Source: Geosiphon pyriformis uo1 (taxonomy: Eukaryota; Fungi; Glomeromycota). From it: 64,000 bases of DNA. The stretch covers positions 234,219-298,218 of the forward strand of contig JAAOMT010000760.1 of assembly GCA_016748015.1 (NCBI GenBank). The letters are read 5' to 3'. The notes beneath the pieces are model-generated. The model was not told where the DNA came from, ran no database searches, and saw only the letters and a program-made list of their open reading frames with translations. The position numbers were made by a program, and so were the translations under genes. This document shows, in pieces, positions 1-11,630 of the stretch. The number at the start of each line of letters is the position of its first letter. Within the stretch, counting starts at the first letter, position 1.

Positions 1-637
1 TTTAGTTCACCGAAATTCTAGAAAAGAGAAAAAGTGCAAGTTCAAAGACTAGTACTACAACAAGTTGTATAAAAGAAGAGCTTCTCTCTTCAAGAAAATG
101 TATCTTCTCATATCTTACCATAGTATCTTACTTTAGGTATCTTAATTAGAACAAATCATTTTTTACATATCTCAAATAAAAATTAAATATTCGAAAACCA
201 AATCCTTTGATTATTACACTTGAAATTCTCTCAACACAACTAACATTTTGAAATTGATTAGCTACCAATTTCAGTAATCTGTTAGTGACTCCAGGCCTGG
301 ATAGAAAACGTTTCCTTGACAAAATTCTATTTCTTTACGTTTCTTTTATTTTTCTCTTTCTTTTCTTATCATAATCATTTGGGTAGCCTACAGANNNNNN
401 NNNNNNNNNNNNNNNNNNNNNNNNNNNNNNNNNNNNNNNNNNNNCTACAACGTAACTACATAAAGTAACTGGCACGGAATTGGCCATTCCACTTATAAGC
501 CCAGCGGTTCAAATTATAGGAGATAATTTGAAGATAAATTCAGTTACTGGAGGTTCAACCACATCCAGAAAACGTGAATTCACAGCAAACAAGCATCAAC
601 AACATTTAAGAAAAGAGACCAAAAACCTCCGGTAACA
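1..637 (+). repeat. 3' part of an LTR of LTR family 2 (3' LTR or solo LTR), inserted into a LINE
   Basis: Reverse-complement homologue of 62280-62950 (e.g. 445-637 vs 62280-62472). Both copies end at the same terminus (CTCCGGTAACA / CTCCAGTAACA) and are followed by unrelated host sequence. Confidence 0.85.
395..444. other. Assembly gap (50 N) inside the LTR
   Basis: Run of N. The homologous LTR copy has about 100 bp (62473-62573) at this position. Confidence 0.98.
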
Positions 638-1672
638 CCGAAAAGCTTTAACCAGCTTCGATATCAAAAGTTTTAACTTATAAAATTTGGATAATTCCTT
701 AATGAAGACATCATCATAGTCCTTAAACCATTTCTTCTTGAACACCTCATTAGTTAAAAGAACCATTATCTTGCAAACAATATCTTACATCGCATCCAAA
801 TCTGAGAATTGCTGGGAGGCAATAAAATCATCAGAGAACATGATGGCATTAGCTGCCGTAGCACTCTTGAACTTGTTTCATTTCGCATCATCAGCACCCT
901 TATAATTAAACTTCCAATGATCTCTATTCACCTGTTTGCGAAGAGAGTTCAATTGCACGTCCAATAAACCACTTAAACCCAAAGACATGGAAACAGTCTG
1001 ATGGTCCGTTTTGAAATGTTCACTAACATTTGAGACACTGCAGTATACTATCGCATTAACTAAATTCGAAGAAACTAACATGTAGTCAATTGTTTTCTTA
1101 ATACCCCTAAAGTTTGCCCAAGTAGGCAATTTCACAGCCGGGCTTTCTACCAAAGAATTTGCCAGACCCAAATCAAGGCACTTCCTAAAACTTGCACATT
1201 TACGAGAACCATCTTCATTGAAATCACCACCAAGAACAATGAAAAAAGATTCATTGACAGCCTTCACAATGAGAGAGTTGATCTCACTAGCCTGAGAAAA
1301 CCAAACTGCTGGAGAAGCACCAGCATAAAGCCCCAGAATCAACACAGAAAGTTTACCCTTGAAAAGTAATTTAACAAACAGGAGCCGACCAGGCACCTCA
1401 GAAACCTTGCATACATGATAAGCCAAAAAAACATTCATGATAACAGCAACACCTGCACCCAAGTGACCAGAGTCTGAACCAGAAGTGAACACTTGGACAC
1501 CATCAAACTTATCTGCAATCCACGGACGAACCTTACTCCTTAATTTTGTTTTAGTAATGATAGAGACCAAATTGTTCATTTCCTTATGCCACCTAATAAT
1601 GTCCTCTTGCTTAGCAGGATTGTTCATGCCTCTGACGTTGCACGTAGCAACTTTCCAGACCAAACTGCTCAT
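638..1672 (-). pseudogene. LINE ORF2 N-terminus: apurinic-like endonuclease (APE)
   Basis: Motifs WKVATCNVRG, LGGDFN, IDYMLV and TDH in ORF 878..1699. Confidence 0.92.
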
Positions 1673-3463
1673 TGAGTGAGGGGTAGAGACACCGAGCACG
1701 CACCTATATTATCCACTTTGGCCAAAAGGCCCAGAACTGTTTTCATTAGACACCTCATGCTGTCTTCCAGCTTAGACACTGAAGACATATTGAAAGACAC
1801 CACTCCCACAACAGTCCCACCACTAGTGGACACACCCGAGCCCCCACTCGTCACTACATTCGCCCTTTGATCCTGTGATGAAGGTGTCACCAATGGCTGA
1901 CATCCAGGGCTAGGCTGGGGAACCATTGGCCTAAGTGCATTCAACCTCTTAGCCAGCTTACCAACTTGCTCTGCGAGGCAGACAAGATTGCGCTCAAGAG
2001 CAGCGAACCTATTGTTGACCTTCATCATAACCAGCAGGGATGGCTTCATCTCCAAAAAGGAGCCATTGTCTACCAAAACCTTCTGACTAGAGAGGGGGAG
2101 CAAAAAAGACCCATGAGCAACTTTTGTCTAAGAAAGACCACCAAAAGAAACCGGACAAGCAACTGGAGCTGAGCGTTTGGCATAAATAGCCGCCAGCCTG
2201 CTTTTATCCATGTCCAAGAAAGCCCTACACAGCAAATTACCAAAAGAAAACTTTCCGCCAACCACACAATCTAATGATGTATGACCCAACTTCTCACACT
2301 TGGCGCATTTAGCAGAGATGAGACAAGACCAGTGGAGATTGGTGTTTCTAAGTACTGGCGTGGTTTTCACGGCAGCATTCAATAATTCAGCAGAGTTGAA
2401 GCAAACAACAGTACATCTGGTCTGAGCATACATAACAGAATGACAATCAATGATGCATGTTTTCCCACCCACAGATTTAACAAAATCTCAGATATTGTGA
2501 GCATTAGTCCCCATTGACAATGTGTAGAGCAGCATCCTATGTCAATCCCTTGCATCCCATGCCTTTTTGTCTGAATTAGCTCTGGCCACACGTACAGCAT
2601 CTTTCCCAATTAGAATAGACCACTTAGCTGTGACCAAATCAGCCTGATCCGGTTGCTTAAATTCTACTACTGCCTTCTGCCACAGCCCAATTAACTGCAT
2701 CTTGATCATCTTAATAACTCCAAACTCGGATAGCGCAGTGCACACAGCCTCAGCTGATGTTCCAATTGGAATTTCTTTTAAGACCACAGTCCAATCTGAT
2801 CGCCCAGATGATTTTTTGAGATTGGTGTTTACTAGGATCTTCGCACTTGTAGCCTTATCAGTAGCTTTTATTAGACTCGATTCGGAAGTGAACGTTGCTC
2901 TGATGATCCCTAAGAATTTTGAGGGGGTAGACACCCCCCCCAAAACCATTGATTCCAGAAAATAATTTCCTCACCACCACAAGTTTTTCTTGAGAAGAAT
3001 TGCCAGCCATCTTATCCAAGCCAATATCTAACACAAATGACTTTCTGACTGAAACATTGACCAAGTTTTTCAAAGGAGAGAGGAGCTCAAGAGGAGTATT
3101 TGAGAGAATACTATTACCATCACTCTTCTTTGAGAAATCAATTTTTCCTAATGGCTTGCCCAATACCTTCTTGGTTTTGACTTTTGAATTCGTGGGTGTT
3201 TGATCATGATTCCTACCAGCCAGAGCACCACCTTCACCAAAATCAAAGCTGGTCTTCTCCACCAGACACTTCTCTTCTATATCAATACTTTTAGACTCAG
3301 TAGTGTCCTCAGTTTCTAAATCTCATGAACGGCTCTCTTGGACTTTAGAAGCCACTTTTTCACTACTGGAACTATCTTCCAAAACACCACCCCTCCTCTT
3401 CTTTCTCGACAAGACTGTCTCAAAACTATCACCAGAACTAGAACTCTTAGCAGCCTTCTCCAT
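1669..3463 (-). pseudogene. LINE ORF1 (RRM, CCHC knuckle, coiled coil), with stops and frameshifts
   Basis: Fragments MEKAAK..., RRM-like VVLKEIPIGTSAEAVCTALSEFGVIKMIKMQLIGLWQKAVVEF and knuckle CAKCEKLGHTSLDC. Confidence 0.9.
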
Positions 3464-3601
3464 AATAGCAGTATATGGGCCAATGGTAGCCTTGTAATTA
3501 AACAGAAACAGTTTAGAGATATCATATTGAATGATAAAAACTTCTTTCAAAAAACTTTTTAGACTCTTTTTTGGAATTTGTGGATGAACGAAAGAAAGAA
3601 G

Positions 3602-4730
3602 TTTTTTTGGTTATTATGCTGAAATTTGAATATTTTTGCTATTGGTTTATTAAAAAGTAAAAGCAAAATAAAAATCTATTTTAATATTAAAAAAAATACT
3701 TTAATATATAATTTTAACAAAATAAAAAAACAAAAAAATATAATAATAATTTACAAATTTTGGATTTTTTTGTTAATTTATTAAATACTAATACAAATTT
3801 TAGAAAAATAGAGTTGGCTGTTAAAATAATAAAAATAAAAATAATAAAAATATAAACAATATTTATATTAAAAAATCAGTTTTATTAATAACAATAAAAT
3901 AGATAACTTTATAAATAACTTAATTTATATAAAACTTATATTTAATTTTATAAGTTAGATAAACTAATAATATAATTTGATTTTGGTTTTTTAAGTAATA
4001 ATAAAATTTTTGGCTTTTTTTATATATATTAAATTAAAAATTTCTGTTTTTGTTTTTATCAAAGAAAAAAATATATTTAATTTTGTTAAGTTTTTTGTAT
4101 TAAATATTAATATTTTAGTTATTAATAAAAAAAATTACAAGATAAGTTAAAATTTATTAAAAAACTTTTTATTAAATAGATAATTTTAAAAAAATTTTTA
4201 TTTTCTTAAAATTTTATAAAATTATTTAATTAATATTTATTTTTAAATTAATCAAAGTTAATAAACTAATAACAAATAAAATAATTATTTTAAATATTAA
4301 TTTAAAAAAAATAAACATATATATAAATTAAAAAATAATAATTAAAAAAATCTCAGTTAATTTTTTTAAATTAACTATAAATTAGCTTTTTTTAAATTTA
4401 ATAAAATAGTATTAATTAAATTATAGCTTATTAATTTGTAATAAAAAGCTATAATAAAGTTTAAAAATAAAAAAATCATTAATTTAATGGTTTTTAATTA
4501 ATCTGTTTTTATAAATAAAAATTAAATATACATAATAAAAACTAATATTAATAAATATTATAAACATAAAAATTCAAAAATAAATATTAAGTACTATTTT
4601 TTACTTTGTTAATAATCTTAATTATTTTATTAAAAAATTATATAATAGTATCTTTTAATAAATATTTTGTTATAATTTAAAAATTCAATATAAATTATAA
4701 ATAATATAAATTATTTAATTAAAAAAAAAA
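3602..4730. other. Extremely AT-rich tract, probably a fully decayed repeat
   Basis: Almost no G/C, no CpG seen, no ORFs. Family not assignable. Confidence 0.5.
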
Positions 4731-4845
4731 TGTTGATCCCCTGACCATAATGAGAGCATAGAGTAGTCAAAGAAATATCTTCCTTTTTCCTTATTCCCTT
4801 CTGTTCCCTTCAGTTATTTCTTTACATACACCTCTGTTCGTGACA

Positions 4846-6804
4846 ATGGATCCAGTAGGCTTTTCTGCTGGTGGGTCAGCATCTGGTTCAGCTGGTGTGG
4901 GGACCCGTTCTGGCACTAAAAAAAAGGCGCGCATTAAGAGTGTTTATGCTCGTGGTCCATCTTACAAGAAAGTGAAGAAACCTGATGATTCTAGTGTTGT
5001 AGTAGATTCGTCAGCTGGCCCTCTGCCTATGAACATACTACATGGTGGCATTGACGACTGGGAGAAATCTTAGGGTAGCAAAATGGACAGTAAGGAATCA
5101 AGTATTGATGGGACTTCTGACATTGAGAACATGAAGAACATGATTGTGGAAGAAATGAGCTACGTTGATTTTGACGCTTCCGGGGATGACGAACTAATGG
5201 GTAATGCTACACCAAAGGATTTGAAAACGAGAATGTACGTATTTGAACACCCGTCTAAGCAGCCTTCTTTCGTTGATGTGGGTGGTGCTGGCAATGTTTT
5301 GGAGCTCCCTCCCTGCACGTTCAATGGATTCAATCAGTTGCTGCCAGTCACGTTACGTAATCAGGAGATTCGGAGTTTTATTTCAGTGAAATCTTTTGCA
5401 TTGGATATTGAACTTTCTGCTGTTCCTGGGAAAACTGTTAGTGATAAGTTGATTTGTGTGAAAAAAATTTTTTATCAAGTTGATGGTTTTGGGGGGGCTT
5501 CGACTCCCTCAAAATTTTTAGGAATAATAAGGTCATCATTTACATCTGAAAAAAGTTTGATTAAGACAAGGGAAATGGCAATCAGTGAAAAAATTTTGGT
5601 AAATGATGATCTAAGAAAAGTAAACAGCCATTTAGATCGGGAGGTAATCGTCAAGGAAATCCCAGTGGATCTTCCCAAATCGGCGATTGAGGCAGTGTTC
5701 TCCAAGTTTGGTAAGATTATTTCAATCAAAGTGCAGCTTATTGGTCTTTGGCAAAAAGCCCTAGTGGAATATGAATCATCTGAGATAGCTGATTTGGTCG
5801 TGGTTAGATGGTTTGTGCTCATGGGAAAAGATTCTGTTCGCGTGGCAAAGGCAAGTGTTGATAAACAAATGTGGGTATCTAGGGATCAGCATCGGACATT
5901 GCTTTACACTCTTCCAGTTGGCACCACTGCCCATGATTTGTCTGTATTGGTAGAGGCCTATGGTGGAAAAACTTGTTTTATTGGCCGTAATCTATCTTCA
6001 TATATTTGTGATCAGTGTGCTGTAATCTGTTTTGAGAGTGAGGCATCCAAGTTGGCTGCTTTTGGTTTGGTTCTGGTTTTCAAGGGTGTGAGTTTGCGTT
6101 GGGCTGGTCTATCTTTGGCCTGTTGTGCAGTGTGTAAACATTTTGGTCATGTTTCTGATGTTTGTTCTATGGGTGAGAATTCTGGTGCTCACAGTAAGCG
6201 GATGGTAACTTCTCAGGATCGGGTTTGTCTAGCTAATGTATATAGGAGGAAACAGGCTCCTATCACTCACCCAGTTTCCTTTGGTGACAAGACATGAGTC
6301 CAAGTTGCTAGTGACACTTCCTCTTGTGTGGTTTCTTTGGGTTCTTTTTCTGTTGGTGCTAGTTTCGGTGCGGGTTCTGTCTCGGTAGAATCCTCCTCTT
6401 CTGATATCTCTGGTTTGTGCAGTTGGTTGGCAATTTTGGAACACTCTTTGGAGCTTTTGGCAGACCGAGTTTCTGCCATTGCGAAGAAGCTGAGTTGTGT
6501 TGAGGTAGTATCTTTGGAGTCTTCTTCTCTAATCTCTCATCCCGTTGCGTCTGCTTCTCTGGCCTCGTGCGTGGATTTGGATATGGCACTGGACGTTCCG
6601 TTGGTGGCCTTTCCTTTTCTTTGCCCTACCATTAATGATGCCAATCCTGATTTTGGTTCCAGTAGTTCGAAGGTTCTAACTGCCAAGGTTGGTGGTTTGG
6701 AGTCAAAGTTGATGGCTTTGGATGCATTAGTCGGCTCAGTGTTGGCAAGACTGGATATGTTATGTTCTGGTTTGGGTTCTTTGGTTTTCTCGTCTTCTTA
6801 ATGA
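4846..6804 (+). pseudogene. LINE ORF1 (RRM + CCHC + coiled coil)
   Basis: ORF pieces 4840, 5083 and 6328 are all in one frame, broken by stops. Motifs IVKEIPVDLPKSAIEAVFSKFG and CAVCKHFGHVSDVC. Confidence 0.93.
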
Positions 6805-9800
6805 CCAGTTTTATTTGGAAGGTTGCTACATGTAATGTTCGAGGCATGAACATTCCTGTGAAACAAAAAGATATAGTTCGTTGGCACAAGGACATGGGAA
6901 ATTTGGTTTCTATTTTTACTGAGACAAAGTTGAAGGATAGGGTTTGTCCCTGGATCGCCAACAAGTTTGATGGTGTTTGGGTGTTTTCCTCTGGTTTGGA
7001 TTCTGGTTATCTGGGTGCTGGTGTGGTGGTTGTCATGGACTCTTCTTTGGCAAGACATGTGTGCAAGGTTTCTAAAGTGCCTGGCTGGCTTTTGTCTGTT
7101 AGATTGCTTTTCAAGAATAAGCTCTCGGTGTCAATTCTAGGGCTTTACACTGGTGCTTTTTCGGTGGTGCGGTTTTCCCAGGCTGATGAGATTAACTCTT
7201 TTATTGCAAAGGCTGTTAATGAATTTTCTTTCGTCATTCTCGGGGGTGATTTTAATGAAGACAGTTCTTATAAAAGTGCAAGTTTCAAAAGATGCTTTGA
7301 TTTGGGTCTGGTCAATTCTTTAGTTGGTAGCCCAGCTGCGATAATGTCCACTTGGAAAAATTCTAGGGATGTTACAAAAGTAATTGATTATGTGTTTGTC
7401 TCTTCGTGTCTTGTCAATACAATAGTGCATTGTGAGATTTTAAATGTCAGTGAGCATTTTGACACAGACCATCGAGCTGTTTCAGTGGATTTGAGTTTGG
7501 GCGGGCTCTTGGATATGCGCTTGATTTCTCTTTGCAAGCAGGCAAATAGGGATCATTGGAAGTTTGACGTCAAAGGTGTCAATGATACTAGGTGATTGGA
7601 GTTCAAGGATGCTTCAGCTGCCAATGCCTCTATGTTCTCAGATGCTTTTGAAGTGGCAGTGAGGTTTTCAGATGTGGACACTATGTGGGACATTGTTCGC
7701 AAGATCATGGTTCTTTTAGCAAGTGGTACATTCAAGAAAAAATGGTTCAAAGGTTTTGACGGTGTGTTTACCAGGACTTCTTCTAGGTTTCACAAACTAG
7801 AGCTGCTGGTTTCTAAGTTGGTTAAGGCCTCGCGTTTGGCTTCGAGTGATGGTTTTGCTTCTTTGTTAGAGGTGTGGTACAGACTTGACTCTTCTGATGC
7901 ATCGGAGGTTAAGTCTCTGTTTCTTTCAGGTTCTAATTTTGATATTATTCATTCTGTGCTAGCTAAAACGAGGAAATTGTACTGCTCTTTGAAATTTTTG
8001 GAATCCAAGTATGTTGAAGAATCTTTGATCAAGCAGGCTATTGGTAAGAGAATGGAGAGTTTTGAGCTGAACAAGAGTCACACCATTAGAAGTGTTTTGG
8101 AGCGTCCTTTTTGTAAGGTGGTCCTAGATCATCTGGTTGTAGAAAAAAAGTTGATTTTGGAGCCCGATTTGGTTAAGTCTAAGGTGGACAAAATTATGGA
8201 GGGATGGACCAGAAAATGTGAGGTGGTGTCTGACTTCTCTAAGGATTGAGTTTGTCAATTTCGGCCTCTGAATTACGTGTTCGATGGTGCTTTCTCTGAT
8301 GTCATGTGCTCGATCAGTTTTGATGAGTTGTCAACTGTTGTTAAAGATCTTCCTGATGGAAAAGCGGCTGGTCTTTCTGGTATCTCCAACAAATTGTGGA
8401 AACATTGTGACAAATCTATTTTGGATATGCTTTTGGTGCTTTTGAATTTCTGTCTGGTTGGTGAGTCAGTTCCTGGGCCTTGGAGGGAAGCTTGGGTCTC
8501 GATAATTCCTAAACCATATGAATAGAAGGGAGTTCTCACGAACACCTGTCCTATAGCTTTAATTGAAATGGTCCACAAGATTCTCTCCAAGATCCTTTCA
8601 GATAGGATCTCTTTGGCTTGCAGTACTTTTGATGTTCTTTGTGAAGACAATTTTTCGGTTTTAAAAGGTATGATGACACAGTCTCCCATTTTTGCTGTCA
8701 GTTCTGTGGTTGAGAATGTCTTGGAGAAGAACCGTGAACTTTGACTGGTTTTACAAAACATGCACAAGGCTTATAACTCGGTTGGTTGGGAACATCTTAG
8801 GAGGAGTTTGATTAGGATCAAAATATGTGACAGATTTATTAGATTTTTTGGCAGTATTCACAATGGTTGTGTCAACAGAGTGATGACTGACTTTGGTTTA
8901 ACTGATGGGTATTGTGTCCACAATGGGCTGGATCAGGGTAAAGTTTTCTCGTCTCTTCTCTGGTGTATTTTTTATGATTCGCTTTTGTGTGAGGTCAAGA
9001 GGCAGGAGAGTGTGTGGGGCTACAGATTGAATTCTCATTATGTTTCTAAAACAGGCTGAGTAGATCTTCGTGCTGAATTGACTTTGTTTTTCACTGCTGG
9101 TGCTTTCGTTGATGATACTATTTGGGTTGGTAGCAGCCAGACTGCTACACAACACATTCTGGATATTGCTAGTGAGTTTTTCAGGTTCAATAACATTTCT
9201 GTGAATAACAATAAGACAGTGGTCATCCCTATTAACTGTCGGGTGTTGGACTCTTGTTTAACTATCAGTGACATGCCTATTTCTATCACCAGGAAAGGAG
9301 AATCTCATCACTATTTGGGTATTTTTTTGTTTTCTGAAGGTCTTTTGAAGCCTAGCTTGGCTAAAGCCCAGGCTGATGTATGGTTTTTTGTGAATCTTGT
9401 TTTGAGGAAGGCGATTTCGGACAAACAGTGTGCATATTTGGTGTCTGTGGTTCTTTTCCCTATCATCAGCTACAGGACTCAGTTTAGTTTCGTTTCTTTG
9501 GGTGTTTGTAGTAAATGAGATGCGTTGGTACACAAGATCTTTAAGTCCAAGTCTGGGTTGCCACATGATTTCCTCAGTGATGCTCTTCATCATCCCTCTC
9601 TGTACAATCTAAAGACTTTCGAACAAATTCAGGCTGAGAGTAAATCAGCCTCCATTATTGCTTTTGCAAATTCCACTGGTGTCTTGGGTCGCTTGTTTTC
9701 ACATAGGTCTCATGACCTCCAGGTTTTCAGCTGGTGTCCTCGTTATCCCTTAATGTTTCCAGCTCGTGTTGGTGTTAGTCTCTCAAATAATTTTTTGGCT

Positions 9801-11489
9801 GGTGTGGTCCGTATTTTTTCCAGGTGTGATTTGTTTTTGGGGGGCCCTCTGGTTTGTGCTTTTTGTCATCGGTGTGGTACTCCTATGTCTTTGGTTTTAG
9901 GTGATTCCTGTTTTTTTAAGTGTGTCTCTTTGTTCAGGCGTTATGAGATTGCTTTTGTGGAACAGCTTCATGACCGTAATGGTGATGTTTTTAGTTGGAG
10001 AACCTTCAAGTGTTGGAAGAGACTGGACCCTCGTGGCCCAGTCCCTTTCTGGTTTGATCTTTCCATTTGCTTTCTTGGTAGTGTTGTATCTCTCTTCTCA
10101 AGTTCCTCTTTGACAGATGATCATGCTGTGTCTGACATTCGTCTTTTTCATGATTTTGGTGTGGTTCATGACGCTTTGCCGACTGTTGGAGCTGCCCGTC
10201 TTTCTGTGTATATGGATGGATCTCTTTCTGGTCTGGGTTCTGTTGACATGAGGGTGGGTGCTGCTGTTTTTTTTAAGGACCTTAACTTGGGTTTGGGTGT
10301 TGGGGTGTCTGGTTTGGTTTCTTCTACTCTGACGGAGCTGCAAGCTATAGCTTTGGCCCTTGAGTGTGTTCTTTTTTCTCGTTCGGTTGATTTGTTCTCG
10401 GATAACCAAGCTGTTTTAGATGCATATAGGTCGGAATTGTCACTGGTTCGTCCGGATTTCAGGAACTGCTGTTGGATTGAGCGTCATCACATTACTACTG
10501 TCATTTGTCAGAAGAATTTGGATGTGAATTGGGTCAAGGTGAAGGGTCATTTAGGTGTCTCAGGCAATGATCATGCTGATGCACTTGCTAAAGATGCTGC
10601 TCTCTCTGCTTGGCGCCTACCTCATTTGGTTAGTGAACGTTTTCTGTGTGCTGGTGGTGTGGCAGTTTCTGGTAACTTTAGACACTTTGTTCGTGATGTT
10701 TTCCGGTCAGTCCATTGAGCTCGTTGGAAGGTCGGAGTGGGTTCTCATGTCATGGATAATAGGTTGCATGCTGATATCAATTGGTCTAAGTCTTCTATGG
10801 TGTGGCACCCCGATTCTCACTTGGCATCCAGTTTTACCAGCATGCGCACGGCTAGCTGTCATACTTACTTTATGAAGGCTCTCCATCATTGGCTTCTTGT
10901 TACTGTGTGCAAGCGTTTGTATGATAGGAGATATCCAAGTGTGGTCTGTCTGTTCTGTGGTGATGTTAAGACCTCGGATCATGTCTTTTTGTGTCCTCAA
11001 GATGCCATTGGTTATGCTCGTTTGTTGGGCACTCATGCTTCAGCTTGGAAGGCTCTTTCTGGTCTGTCTTGTTCTTTTTTTTGTGTCTTACAGGCTTTGG
11101 CTTCTTGTGTTTCTGAGGTTGGAATTGGTGTTGCTCTGTGTAAAGGCTTTGTTTTCAATGAGTGGTTTCGTGAGTCTGTCTCGGTTTTTAATGATTCTGA
11201 TGAGGGTACTAAAAGGATTGTGAGCTTTGTGTATGGGTTTTGTCTTGCATTTTGGGACGACATTTGGTTGGTCTGCGCCAGACACCGAGCGTTTATGGAA
11301 AAGCACGGTCTGATTCTGCATGATGGCTCAACTCTTGTTTCAGTTTCTGGTTTGTCTAAGGTGTTTTCAGCTGGTGTGGTTAGATTGCTGGGAGTGGCTG
11401 AGGCTTTTGGAGTTAGTTTCAGGTTTCGTAGATTTTGTCCATTTTTTTCAGGTATTGGAGATTTGGTTTCTGTGCATATAGATGTATAG
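6801..11489 (+). pseudogene. LINE ORF2: APE - reverse transcriptase - RNase H - C-terminal CCHC
   Basis: Single frame with 7 nonsense codons. APE: TCNVRG, TETKL, GGDFN, IDY, TDH. RT: KAYNSV, QG, AFVDDT, YLGI. RNase H: VYMDGS, ELQAI, FSDNQA, WVKVKGH..GNDHAD. Knuckle: CLFCGDVKTSDHVFLC. Confidence 0.95.
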
Positions 11490-11630
11490 TGTAGTCCTGA
11501 CTGGCCTGAGTGGCTGGTCATGTGTAGAAAGCACATGATTTGCACCTAGTTTAGATCATTTGTATGATGTATAGCACTAGGTCGCATTTGGATCTCACTT
11601 GTTAAATTAAATAAAAAAAAATAAAAAAAA

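Larger units (their letters stand above)
638..3601 (-). mobile_element. LINE (subfamily A), 5' half, interrupted at 637/638 by the LTR
   Basis: 5' end CTTCTTTCTTTCGTTCATCC follows an A-run and matches 11631. Contains ORF1 and the APE endonuclease, and breaks in the post-APE linker at SKLVKAFR. Confidence 0.9.
4731..11630 (+). mobile_element. Essentially full-length LINE (subfamily B, copy B1)
   Basis: 5' UTR motif shared with 32494 and 46582, ORF1, ORF2, a 3' UTR shared with 39210, and an A-rich tail to 11630. Confidence 0.95.

Noticed and set aside
11500-11545. Hammerhead ribozyme in the LINE 3' UTR (CTGA...GAAA)
   Set aside because: The core reads CTGAGTG rather than CTGANGA, and CTGA and GAAA sit in or next to hairpin loops instead of a three-way junction.
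5475-11545. Many antisense and alternative-frame ORFs over the LINEs (also 33224-39115 and 1485-3562)
   Set aside because: Shadow ORFs of T/G-rich coding strands, with no motifs and no consistent starts across copies.
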